Shown: one piece after another, positions 18,898-26,983 of the stretch | Position numbering within the stretch: position 1 is the stretch's first letter | Layout: every line of letters begins with the position of its first letter | Assembly (NCBI GenBank): GCA_039193455.1 | Contig: JBCCWO010000012.1 | Location: 5,311 to 69,310, forward strand | Length of the DNA stretch: 64,000 nucleotides | Direction of reading: 5' to 3' | Source of the DNA: Pseudomonadota bacterium | GTDB lineage: Bacteria; Pseudomonadota; Alphaproteobacteria; Rhodobacterales; Rhodobacteraceae | Program-made: the position numbers and the translations under genes | The notes under the pieces: generated by a model | What the model was told of the DNA's origin: nothing | Databases searched by the model: none | Seen by the model: the letters and a program-made list of their open reading frames with translations, nothing else

Positions 18898-18988
18898 GCG
18901 ACGGTCCCTGGGCCTGAGAGTTTACCGGGGCGGTTGCTCCTTCGGCATCGGGTCCCAAACAGATCGGGCGCCCGAATTCTCCCGTCGC
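18898..18988 (-). promoter_or_regulatory. Glycine riboswitch aptamer I (complete)
   Basis: Minus strand: P1 GCGACGG...CCGTCGC, GGGAGAA, UCGGGC/GCCCGA hairpin, UGCCGAAGGAGCAA, CUCUCAGGCCCAGGGAC. Confidence 0.8.
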
Positions 18989-19068
18989 TGACCCTTTCTC
19001 GTTACTGCCAAACCGCGCGCCCGACAAGGGGTTGCGTTGCACGGCGCGGGCCACCACAGAGGGGACCC

Positions 19069-19635
19069 ATGCAAGACCCCTATTTCTTTGGCTATGGCAG
19101 CCTGGTGAACCGCGCGACCCATGCGCATGACAATGCCCATCCCGCCACCGTGCGCGGCTGGCGGCGGATCTGGCGGCACACCGACCTGCGCCCTGTGGCC
19201 TTTCTGACCGTCGTGCCCGCGCCGGGGGCCGAGATTGACGGGTTGATCGCCGCGGTGCCGGGGGCCGATTGGATGGCGCTTGATGAACGCGAACGGGCCT
19301 ATGACCGGGTCAATGCCGCCGAGGTCGCCCATCCCCTGCTCCACGCGCCGCAAGTGCAGATCTATACAATCCCCGAGGGCAAGCACGGCACGCCCGACCG
19401 CGCGCATCCCGTTTTGCTCAGCTATATCGACACGGTCGTGCAGGGCTTTCTCAACGAGTTCGGGGAAGAGGGTGTGGCCCGCTTCTTTGCCACCACCGAT
19501 GGCTGGGACGCGCCCATCGCCCAGGACCGCAAGGCCCCGCGCTATGCCCGGCATCAAAGCCTGTCGCGGCGGGAAACGGCTCTGGTCGACCGCCATCTCG
19601 ACGACTTAGCGGCGCAGGTGCAAGAGGCTCGTTAA
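19069..19635 (+). CDS. Gamma-glutamylcyclotransferase-like (AIG2/GGCT fold) protein
   Basis: N-terminal YFFGYGSL motif. AGAGGGGA RBS before ATG 19069. Confidence 0.65.
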   Translation: MQDPYFFGYGSLVNRATHAHDNAHPATVRGWRRIWRHTDLRPVAFLTVVPAPGAEIDGLIAAVPGADWMALDERERAYDRVNAAEVAHPLLHAPQVQIYTIPEGKHGTPDRAHPVLLSYIDTVVQGFLNEFGEEGVARFFATTDGWDAPIAQDRKAPRYARHQSLSRRETALVDRHLDDLAAQVQEAR

Positions 19636-20994
19636 CCGCGCCTGGCGGGCAAAGGGTTCCCGCTCGACCGGGGTTCCGCGCGCGTTCATCACGCGCACGC
19701 TGAGCCACAGCGAGATCAGGCCAAAGACCAGCCCGCCCACCGCCTGTCCGATCAGCACCCCCGCCGCCCCGAACCAGGCGCCAAAGATCAGGATCGGTAC
19801 AATCGTCCCAAGGGTATGACGCCCCCAATTGATCCAGGTGGAGTAATAGGGATGGCCCAGGTTGTTGAAGGCGGCGTTGCCCACAAAGATCATGCCATTG
19901 AAAAAGAACGCGAGCGCCAGTGGCCCGCAGAACAGGAACACCAGTTCCCGCGTGATCCCGGTGGCCGAAAACAACGCCACGATCGGTTCGCGCAACAGAA
20001 ACAGCACGAACGAGATTGCCACCACCACGATCGCGGTAAAGATCACCGCATCCCAGAACGCGCGCCGCACCCGGTCGTGATCCTTGGCGCCAAAGTTCTG
20101 GCCGATGATCGGCCCCACCGCGCCCGAGAGCGCAAAGATCACGCCAAAGGCCACCGGCGTCATCCGCCCGATGATCGCCATGCCCGCCACCGCCTCTTCC
20201 CCGTAGGCAGCCATCGAGCGGGTGACATAGGCCTGTCCGATCGGCGTGGCGAGCTGGGTCAGGATCGCCGGAAAGGCGATGGTGGCCAGGGGGCGGAAAT
20301 CGACGGCCATATCCGCCGACGTGGGCTGCCCGAGCCCGCCATGGTGGCGAAAGATCGGATAGAGCGCGGCCGCCGCGATACCGATCCGGGCCGCGACACT
20401 GGCCAGCGCGGCCCCGGTCAGTTCCAGGTCCAGCCCGAAGATCAGGATCGGGTCCAGAACCGCGTTGATCACCCCGGCCCAGATCGTCGCCATCATCGCG
20501 CGGCGCGCATCGCCATGGGCGCGCAGGATCGCGCCCCCCACCATTCCGATGAGCAGCAAGGGCAGGCTGGGCACGATGATCGCCAGATAGTTCACCGCCA
20601 GATCCAGCGTCACCCCCGACGCCCCCATCAGCATCGCCAACGGGCGCAGGTTCAGCCACACCGCGAGCGAGAAAAGCGCCCCGAAAACAACGCCATAGAT
20701 CAGCGCGGTTGCGGCGCGGCGGCGTGCCAGATCCTCTTTCCCCTCGCCCAGCGCGCGGGCCACCCGCGCGCCCGCCGCAATCGCCATGCCGATCCCGAAG
20801 GACGAGGTGAAAAACAGGATCGCCCCGGCATAGCCCACGGCGGCGGCCAGTTCCTCTTTGCCAAGCATCGAGATGAAGATCATGTCGATGAAGTCGACCG
20901 CGAACACCGCCATCAGCCCCACTGAGGACGTCAGCGACATCACCGTGATGTGGCGGAAGAGGTTGCCTGTCAGAAACTTCGCGGTATCGGCCAT
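19606..20994 (-). CDS. MATE family efflux transporter
   Basis: 462 aa, about 12 TM, N-terminus typical of NorM-like proteins. Confidence 0.9.
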   Translation of the reverse strand: MADTAKFLTGNLFRHITVMSLTSSVGLMAVFAVDFIDMIFISMLGKEELAAAVGYAGAILFFTSSFGIGMAIAAGARVARALGEGKEDLARRRAATALIYGVVFGALFSLAVWLNLRPLAMLMGASGVTLDLAVNYLAIIVPSLPLLLIGMVGGAILRAHGDARRAMMATIWAGVINAVLDPILIFGLDLELTGAALASVAARIGIAAAALYPIFRHHGGLGQPTSADMAVDFRPLATIAFPAILTQLATPIGQAYVTRSMAAYGEEAVAGMAIIGRMTPVAFGVIFALSGAVGPIIGQNFGAKDHDRVRRAFWDAVIFTAIVVVAISFVLFLLREPIVALFSATGITRELVFLFCGPLALAFFFNGMIFVGNAAFNNLGHPYYSTWINWGRHTLGTIVPILIFGAWFGAAGVLIGQAVGGLVFGLISLWLSVRVMNARGTPVEREPFARQARLTSLLHLRR

Positions 20995-21035
20995 TCTGCC
21001 CGACTAGACGCCCGAACGCGCGCAAAGGCAATGCG

Positions 21036-21096
21036 CTTCTTTGGTCGTCAAATATCCTCGGGGGCCACCGAAGGTGGCGGGGCAGACAGCCCCTCT
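21036..21096 (-). repeat. REP-like intergenic repeat, copy D
   Basis: Reverse complement is GAGGGGCTGTCTGCCCCGCCACCTTCGGTGGCCCCCGAGGATATTTGACGACCAAAGAAG. Confidence 0.65.
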
Positions 21097-21100
21097 GCCG

Positions 21101-22423
21101 TCAGCTCAGGCGCGGCGCGGTCTGCAACAGCGGCATCACATCGGCCATCTCGGGCCCGCGTTGACGGCCGGTGACCGCGTGGCGCAGCGGCATGAACAGC
21201 CCCCGGCCCTTGCGCCCCGTCGCCTCTTTCACCGCCGCCGTCCAGTCGCCCCAGGTGTCGGGGCCATAGGGCAAGGGCGGCAGCATTTCAAAGGCTTGCG
21301 CCACGAATTCGCGATCCTCGTCGGCCACTTGCGGCGTGGCGCCATCGCGGAAGAGCGTCCACCATTCGGCAATTCCGGCCCGCGTGTCGATGTTTTCGCG
21401 CACGGCGTTCCAGAACTGTTCGGCGATCTCGCCTGGCACGCCCAGGGCGGCGATGTCCGCGGCCATCGCGTCGAACGGCAACGCCGCCACGACGCGTGCG
21501 GTCAAGGGGCCCAGATCGTCGGCATCGAACTTCGTCGGCGCCGCGCCGAAGCGGGTGATGTCGAAGCCTTCGATCAGTTCTTCAACTGATCCGCGCATTT
21601 CCACCGGGTCGGACGAGCCGAGCCGCGCCAGCAGGCTGAGGATCGCCATCGGCTCCACCCCACGCTCCCGCATGTCGCGCAGCGCGAGCGTGCCCAGGCG
21701 TTTCGACAGCCCCTCGCCCTGCGGCCCGGTCAAGAGCGAGTGGTGGGCAAAGCGGGGCGAGGTGCCGCCCAGCGCCGCGATGATCTGAATCTGCGTTGCG
21801 GTGTTCGTCACATGGTCCGACCCGCGCACCACATCGGTCACGCCCATCTCGGTGTCGTCCACCACCGAGGCGAGCGTATAGAGCACCTGCCCGTCCCCCC
21901 GGATCAGAACCGGGTCCGAGACGCTGGCGGCGTCAATGGACGTCTCGCCCAGAATGCCGTCCACCCATTCGATCCGTTCGTGATCGAGCTTGAACCGCCA
22001 GTGCCCGCCGCGTTCCGCGCGCAGGCGGTCTTTCTCTTCCGCGCTCAGCGCCAGGGCCGCGCGGTCATAGACCGGCGGACGCCCCATGTTCAGTTGCTTC
22101 TTGCGCTTGAGGTCCAGTTCCGTCGGCGTCTCGAACGCCTCGTACAAACGCCCATCCGCGCGCATCCGGTCCGCCGCCGCGGCATAGCGGTCGAGGCGCA
22201 GCGATTGGCGTTCCACCCGGTCCCAGGTCAGGCCCAGCCATTCGAGGTCTTCCTGGATCGCATCGACATATTCCTCCTTCGACCGCTCGGGGTCGGTGTC
22301 GTCGATGCGCAGGATAAACGTCCCGCCCGCCTTGCGCGCGATCAGATAGTTGAACAGCGCCGTGCGCAGGTTGCCGATATGCAGGTATCCCGTGGGCGAC
22401 GGGGCAAAGCGGGTGACGGTCAT
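21101..22423 (-). CDS. gltX: Glutamate--tRNA ligase
   Basis: FAPSPTGYLHIGN (HIGH) and LSKR (KMSKS). 440 aa. Confidence 0.95.
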   Translation of the reverse strand: MTVTRFAPSPTGYLHIGNLRTALFNYLIARKAGGTFILRIDDTDPERSKEEYVDAIQEDLEWLGLTWDRVERQSLRLDRYAAAADRMRADGRLYEAFETPTELDLKRKKQLNMGRPPVYDRAALALSAEEKDRLRAERGGHWRFKLDHERIEWVDGILGETSIDAASVSDPVLIRGDGQVLYTLASVVDDTEMGVTDVVRGSDHVTNTATQIQIIAALGGTSPRFAHHSLLTGPQGEGLSKRLGTLALRDMRERGVEPMAILSLLARLGSSDPVEMRGSVEELIEGFDITRFGAAPTKFDADDLGPLTARVVAALPFDAMAADIAALGVPGEIAEQFWNAVRENIDTRAGIAEWWTLFRDGATPQVADEDREFVAQAFEMLPPLPYGPDTWGDWTAAVKEATGRKGRGLFMPLRHAVTGRQRGPEMADVMPLLQTAPRLS

Positions 22424-22485
22424 GGGCGGTCTCCGTTAGAGCGCGTCCTCTTCCACAGGCGGGGCTATTTGTCCATATCTGGCCC

Positions 22486-22890
22486 ATGGACTGGTCCGAG
22501 ATTACCGCCCCCGAGGCACATGAAATGGCGGCCATGGCAGAGGCCGCGATTGCCGCGCTGCCCCAGGCCTATCGCGCGGCGGCGGCGGAGGTTGCGCTGC
22601 GGGTGGAAGACTTTGCGCCCGAGGCCATGCTCAAGGAGATGGACATGGCCGATCCGTTCGAGCTGACCGGGCTTTATGACGGCATCCCGCTGACGCAGAA
22701 GTCGGTGATGGATCAGCCGATGGGGCCGGACACGATCTGGCTGTTTCGCCGCCCGATCCTGGATGAGTGGTGCGCGCGGGGGGATGTGACCCTGCCCGAT
22801 CTGGTCGCGCATGTGTTCGTGCACGAACTGGCGCACCATTTCGGATGGTCGGACGACGATATCGCCCGGATTGACCGCTGGTGGGAGTGA
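22486..22890 (+). CDS. Zincin-like metallopeptidase family protein (DUF1025-like)
   Basis: HELAHHFG zinc-binding motif. 134 aa. Confidence 0.7.
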   Translation: MDWSEITAPEAHEMAAMAEAAIAALPQAYRAAAAEVALRVEDFAPEAMLKEMDMADPFELTGLYDGIPLTQKSVMDQPMGPDTIWLFRRPILDEWCARGDVTLPDLVAHVFVHELAHHFGWSDDDIARIDRWWE

Positions 22891-22896
22891 GCGGTG

Positions 22897-24390
22897 CTAG
22901 GACGCCTTGCGCCACAGGCTGCGCGAGCTGCGCTTGGGGCCATTGGGATCGTCGGGGAAATCCGTCTCAGACGCTTGTTTTTGCGAACTAAAGTCAAGCA
23001 ACTTGCCCATCGACCGCGGAACACGCGTACGGGGTTTGGGTTTGGGCGGCGACGGCGTGCATTTTTCGACGACCTGCTGCTCGGCGGCTTGCCACAGTGT
23101 TTCGAGCCGGCGTTTGTGCACCGGGTCCGGAGCCCTGTGCTCTTTTTCCATCGCGAACGCTGACGAGGCGCGCCATCTCTCGATCTCGACCGACTCGCGG
23201 TTGAACTCGTCGACCCATTCGGGGCGCACGGATTTGCGCGGTGCGGGCGTCCGGCGTTTCTTGGGGGTCACCGGGATGCCCTGCGACCGCGTGACCGCTG
23301 CGTTCGTCTCTTCCACAAGTTTGGTGAGAACGCGCTCAAGCTCGGGGTTGATGGCTTCGGCGCTGGCCGGTTCTTCGGCCGGGGCCTGCGCCGCCGCGGG
23401 CGCGGGCGCGGGCTGTGCGGCCTGGGGCGCGGGCTGTGCGACCTTGGTGACGGGCTGCTCGACAGGGGCCGGTTCTGCGGCGGGGGCGGCCAGGCCCTTT
23501 GAAATCAGATCGCGCCACTCGGCTGCTGACTGCAACCGGTCGCAGGGATGGATCTGCATCGCCTTATCAATGGCTTCGAGGAATTCCGGCGCATAGCCCG
23601 GAATGCGCCCGGCCAGCGGCTTGCACGGGTCGGCGCGGCGGCCCGCGATTTCCACCAGACGGGTCTGGCTGTTGGCGGGCACCTCGTCGCTCAGTAGGTG
23701 ATAGAAGGTCGCCGCCAGGGCATAAAGATCGCTGCTCGGCGCCTGTTCGGCACCGGCGACGTAGAATTCCTGCGGCGAGTAGCCGTCTTTGACCACCAGC
23801 ATCGAGGACACGGCGCGGGTCTTGCGGCTGGCATCGCGGCGGGCGGCGCCAAAGTCGATCAGCACCGGCGTGCCGTTCGGCTCGATCATGATGTTGTCGG
23901 GCGAGATATCGCGGTGCAGCAGGTCCATGCCGTGGACCTTCTCGATCGCGTCGAGCAGTTGCAGCAAGATCTCGGTGATTGCAGACGGTGAGAGCGTCGC
24001 ACTGGGCGATTCAAGGATGCTCAGAAGCTCGCAGCCTTCGATGAGATCCAGAACCATATAGGCGGTCTGGTTCTCTTCGAAGACGCGGTGCACACCGACG
24101 ATATTGGGATGGCGCAGTCGGGCGACGGCCCGCGCTTCGCGCACGAACATCTCGACAGTCGCGCGGAAGGGGCCCTCGTAAGAGTCGTTGCGCATCACGA
24201 CGTTCAGGCCGTTGCGCGCGCAGAAATCTTCGGGGAAGCATTCTTTGATGACGATGGTGCGGTCGAGGTAGTTGTCCTGCGCCCGGTAGGTCTTGCCAAA
24301 CCCGCCCGCGCCCAGGTGGCCCGTGATCGTGAACTGACCATCCAGCAGCGTGGCACCAATAGGGAGCGCATGATCGGCGAGAGAAACCAT
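22897..24390 (-). CDS. Serine/threonine protein kinase (Hanks type) with Pro/Ala linker and uncharacterised C-terminal region
   Basis: GAGGFGKTY, VIKE, HRDISPDNIM and DFGAAR motifs. Start chosen at ATG 24390 (AAAGGA RBS). The ORF is open to 24417. Confidence 0.85.
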   Translation of the reverse strand: MVSLADHALPIGATLLDGQFTITGHLGAGGFGKTYRAQDNYLDRTIVIKECFPEDFCARNGLNVVMRNDSYEGPFRATVEMFVREARAVARLRHPNIVGVHRVFEENQTAYMVLDLIEGCELLSILESPSATLSPSAITEILLQLLDAIEKVHGMDLLHRDISPDNIMIEPNGTPVLIDFGAARRDASRKTRAVSSMLVVKDGYSPQEFYVAGAEQAPSSDLYALAATFYHLLSDEVPANSQTRLVEIAGRRADPCKPLAGRIPGYAPEFLEAIDKAMQIHPCDRLQSAAEWRDLISKGLAAPAAEPAPVEQPVTKVAQPAPQAAQPAPAPAAAQAPAEEPASAEAINPELERVLTKLVEETNAAVTRSQGIPVTPKKRRTPAPRKSVRPEWVDEFNRESVEIERWRASSAFAMEKEHRAPDPVHKRRLETLWQAAEQQVVEKCTPSPPKPKPRTRVPRSMGKLLDFSSQKQASETDFPDDPNGPKRSSRSLWRKAS

Positions 24391-24724
24391 GTGTGTCCTT
24401 TCCAAGTAAGTCATCACACTGGTTACTGAACGCCCGCCCCCGGAACCATGTCAGGGTTTGCGCGAGAATGTGTTCGAATTGCGATGCGACTTGGGCAAAG
24501 TTGCGGCGGCCGGACCGGATTTGCGGGCAATTTGATTATAGTCTGCCCGGATAGGCGGGGATTGCCCGCCCGCACGACACCCAAATGGGGCAAAATTGGC
24601 GCCAAGCCGGTCAACAAAGCGAAAGTTTGGGGCCGCATTGTTCACGGCCCGTGTCCACAACCGCCGCAAATCCGCGGGCCAGCGGCGCGTTCGGGCCCGG
24701 GACGGCCAACGGCAGATGTCTTAA

Positions 24725-24739
24725 CGATTAATTTAATCG
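24725..24739. promoter_or_regulatory. Perfect 7-1-7 palindrome CGATTAA-T-TTAATCG (possible operator)
   Basis: An AT-rich palindrome in an otherwise GC-rich 428-bp divergent intergenic region, about 107 bp before the MBL hydrolase gene. Confidence 0.3.
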
Positions 24740-24845
24740 CTCTCAAAAACGTGAGGGTTGCAGCCGCGCACAGGGGCTGTGCGCCTATTTATTAAGCGCC
24801 GCGGACCGCTACCTTGCCCCCTATCCAACAACGGGAGCCCCCAAG

Positions 24846-25784
24846 ATGTCCAAGACACCCCTTTCGCGCCGCCATGCCCTGGCTGCGGGCGCATCCTTGC
24901 CGTTTGCGGCCGCTTTCCTTGCGGGCGCAGGCCCTGCCAGCGCCTCTGCCCCGATGCTGGGAGCGAGCAGCCAGAGCTTCAACCGCTTCACGCTGGGCAG
25001 CTTTGAGGTGACCACGCTATTGGCCGGCAGCCGCACGGTGACCGACGACCCCCAGGGGATCTTTGGGATGAACGTCGATCAAGCGACCTTTCAGGCGGTG
25101 TCGGAGGCCAACTTCATCCCCGCCGACCGCGCGCAGTTCTATTTCACCCCCACCGTGGTCAACACCGGCAGCGAGTTGGTGCTGTTTGACACCGGGCTGA
25201 ACGGCGCCGGGATCACCGGCGTGCTGGCCAGCGCGGGCTACACCCCGGATCAGATCGACGTGGTGGTGATCACGCATATGCACGGCGATCACATCGGCGG
25301 GCTTTTGACCGACGGGGCCGCGACCTTCCCCAATGCGCGCGATGTCACCGGGCAGGTGGAATTCGATGCCTGGGCGGCGCAGGGCAATGACGGGTTCGAA
25401 GGCAATGTGCGTCCGCTGGCGGATCAGTTCAGCTTCATCGGCGATGGCGGCAGCGTCGCCTCGGGCATCACCGGCATGGCCGCCTTCGGGCACACGCCGG
25501 GGCACATGGTCTACATGATCGAAAGCGATGGCGCGCCGCTGGTGCTGATCGCGGATCTTGCCAACCACTATGTCTGGTCGCTGGCCTATCCCGATTGGGA
25601 AGTGCGCTTTGACATGGACAAGGCCGGCGCAGCGCAATCGCGCCGCGCGGTGCTGGGCATGCTGGCGACCGACAAGATCCCGTTTGTCGGCTATCACATG
25701 CCCTTCCCGGCCATGGGTTTTGTCGAAACGCGCGAGGATGGTTTCCGCTATGTCCCCGCGAGTTATCAGATGATTGCGGGCTGA
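24846..25784 (+). CDS. MBL-fold metallo-hydrolase, Tat-exported
   Basis: Twin-arginine signal SRRHALAAGASLPFAAAFLAGAGPASA and HxHxDH motif THMHGDHIGG. Confidence 0.8.
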   Translation: MSKTPLSRRHALAAGASLPFAAAFLAGAGPASASAPMLGASSQSFNRFTLGSFEVTTLLAGSRTVTDDPQGIFGMNVDQATFQAVSEANFIPADRAQFYFTPTVVNTGSELVLFDTGLNGAGITGVLASAGYTPDQIDVVVITHMHGDHIGGLLTDGAATFPNARDVTGQVEFDAWAAQGNDGFEGNVRPLADQFSFIGDGGSVASGITGMAAFGHTPGHMVYMIESDGAPLVLIADLANHYVWSLAYPDWEVRFDMDKAGAAQSRRAVLGMLATDKIPFVGYHMPFPAMGFVETREDGFRYVPASYQMIAG

Positions 25785-25912
25785 CGACGGGCGTCGATCC
25801 CCGGCATAGAGGCGCGTCCACAGGGCGCGCCTTTTTCGGTTGACGATCCCCCCATCTGTGCCGAGTTTGGCGCGGCCCGCGCGTTAGCGCAAACAACCCC
25901 AGCGGATCGTCC

Positions 25913-26863
25913 ATGAAAGCCCATATTCTCACGATCACCCTGAACCCCACCGTCGATTACGCGACCGCGACCGATGCCGTGGAGGCGGGGCCCAAGTTGC
26001 GCTGTGCCGAGCCGCATATCGATCCGGGCGGCGGTGGCATCAATGTGAGCCGCGCAATACGCCTGTTGGGCGGGCAGTCGACGGCGCTGGTCGCCATCGG
26101 CGGGGCGACGGGCGCGCATCTGCTTCAGCTTTTGGCGCTTGAGGGCGTGGCCACGGTTGCGTTCCAGGGGCCGGGCGAGACCCGGCAATCCGTGTCGGTC
26201 ACCGAAGACAGCTCGGGCCAGCAATACCGGTTTGTCATGCCGGGGCCGTCCTGGGGTGAAGAAGATGTGCCGCGGGCGCTGACCACGGTGGATCAGGCCA
26301 CGGGCGACGGCACGCTCGTGGTGCTGTCGGGCAGTCAGCCACCCGGGGTGGCCAAGGATTTCCCGTCGATCCTGTCGGGGCACGTCGCGGGGCGCGGGGC
26401 ACGGCTGATCGTGGATACGTCCGGGCCCGCGCTGTTCAACCTGGCCGAAGAGCCGCGCGAAGCGCTGTATGTCCTTCGGATGGACGGTGAGGAAGGCGAA
26501 GAGCTGGCCGGACAGCCCCACCCAAAGCCCGAGGATACGGCGGCGTTTGCGGAAAACCTGGTCAAAAAGGGTGTTGCACGCCATGTGATCGTGGCCCGCG
26601 GGGCCGATGGGTCGGTTTTGTCGACGGCGGATGGCAGCTGGCACGCGGTGAGCGCCCCGGTCGACGTGGTGAGCGCGGTGGGCGCGGGCGACAGTTTTGT
26701 GGGCGCGTTCACGCTGGCGCTGGCACGCGAATGGTCGGTCGAGACCTGCCTGCAATTCGGCGTCGCCGCCGCCGCCGCGGCGGTCACGACCGAAGCGACG
26801 CGGCTCTGCGACCGCGAGGTGACCGAAGCGATGTTTGCCAACTGCAACGTGCGCGCGCTCTGA
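25913..26863 (+). CDS. PfkB-family hexose kinase (1-phosphofructokinase/tagatose-6-P kinase-like)
   Basis: ITLNPTVDY N-terminus, GGGGINVS, and C-terminal GAGDSFVGA. Confidence 0.7.
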   Translation: MKAHILTITLNPTVDYATATDAVEAGPKLRCAEPHIDPGGGGINVSRAIRLLGGQSTALVAIGGATGAHLLQLLALEGVATVAFQGPGETRQSVSVTEDSSGQQYRFVMPGPSWGEEDVPRALTTVDQATGDGTLVVLSGSQPPGVAKDFPSILSGHVAGRGARLIVDTSGPALFNLAEEPREALYVLRMDGEEGEELAGQPHPKPEDTAAFAENLVKKGVARHVIVARGADGSVLSTADGSWHAVSAPVDVVSAVGAGDSFVGAFTLALAREWSVETCLQFGVAAAAAAVTTEATRLCDREVTEAMFANCNVRAL

Positions 26864-26983
26864 TCCACTCGCCCCGACCGGTTTGCATTCGAGGTATTTC
26901 GCCCGGGGCGGGATATCGCAGATTAACCGCTTGATGATCGCGTCGGCCTTAACTCGCCCGTAAGAGCAAACTTTCTACTGGGT

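Noticed and set aside
18830-19068. Looked for a tRNA or tmRNA gene as the integration target next to the integrase end of the islet.
   Set aside because: No T-arm (GGTTCGA) or acceptor/CCA features occur on either strand. On the minus strand the structured-looking sequence resolves as glycine riboswitch aptamers instead.
23330-23480. Apparent GC-rich DNA repeats (GCGGGCGCGGGC...).
   Set aside because: They encode the low-complexity Pro/Ala linker of the Ser/Thr kinase and are not an independent repeat element.
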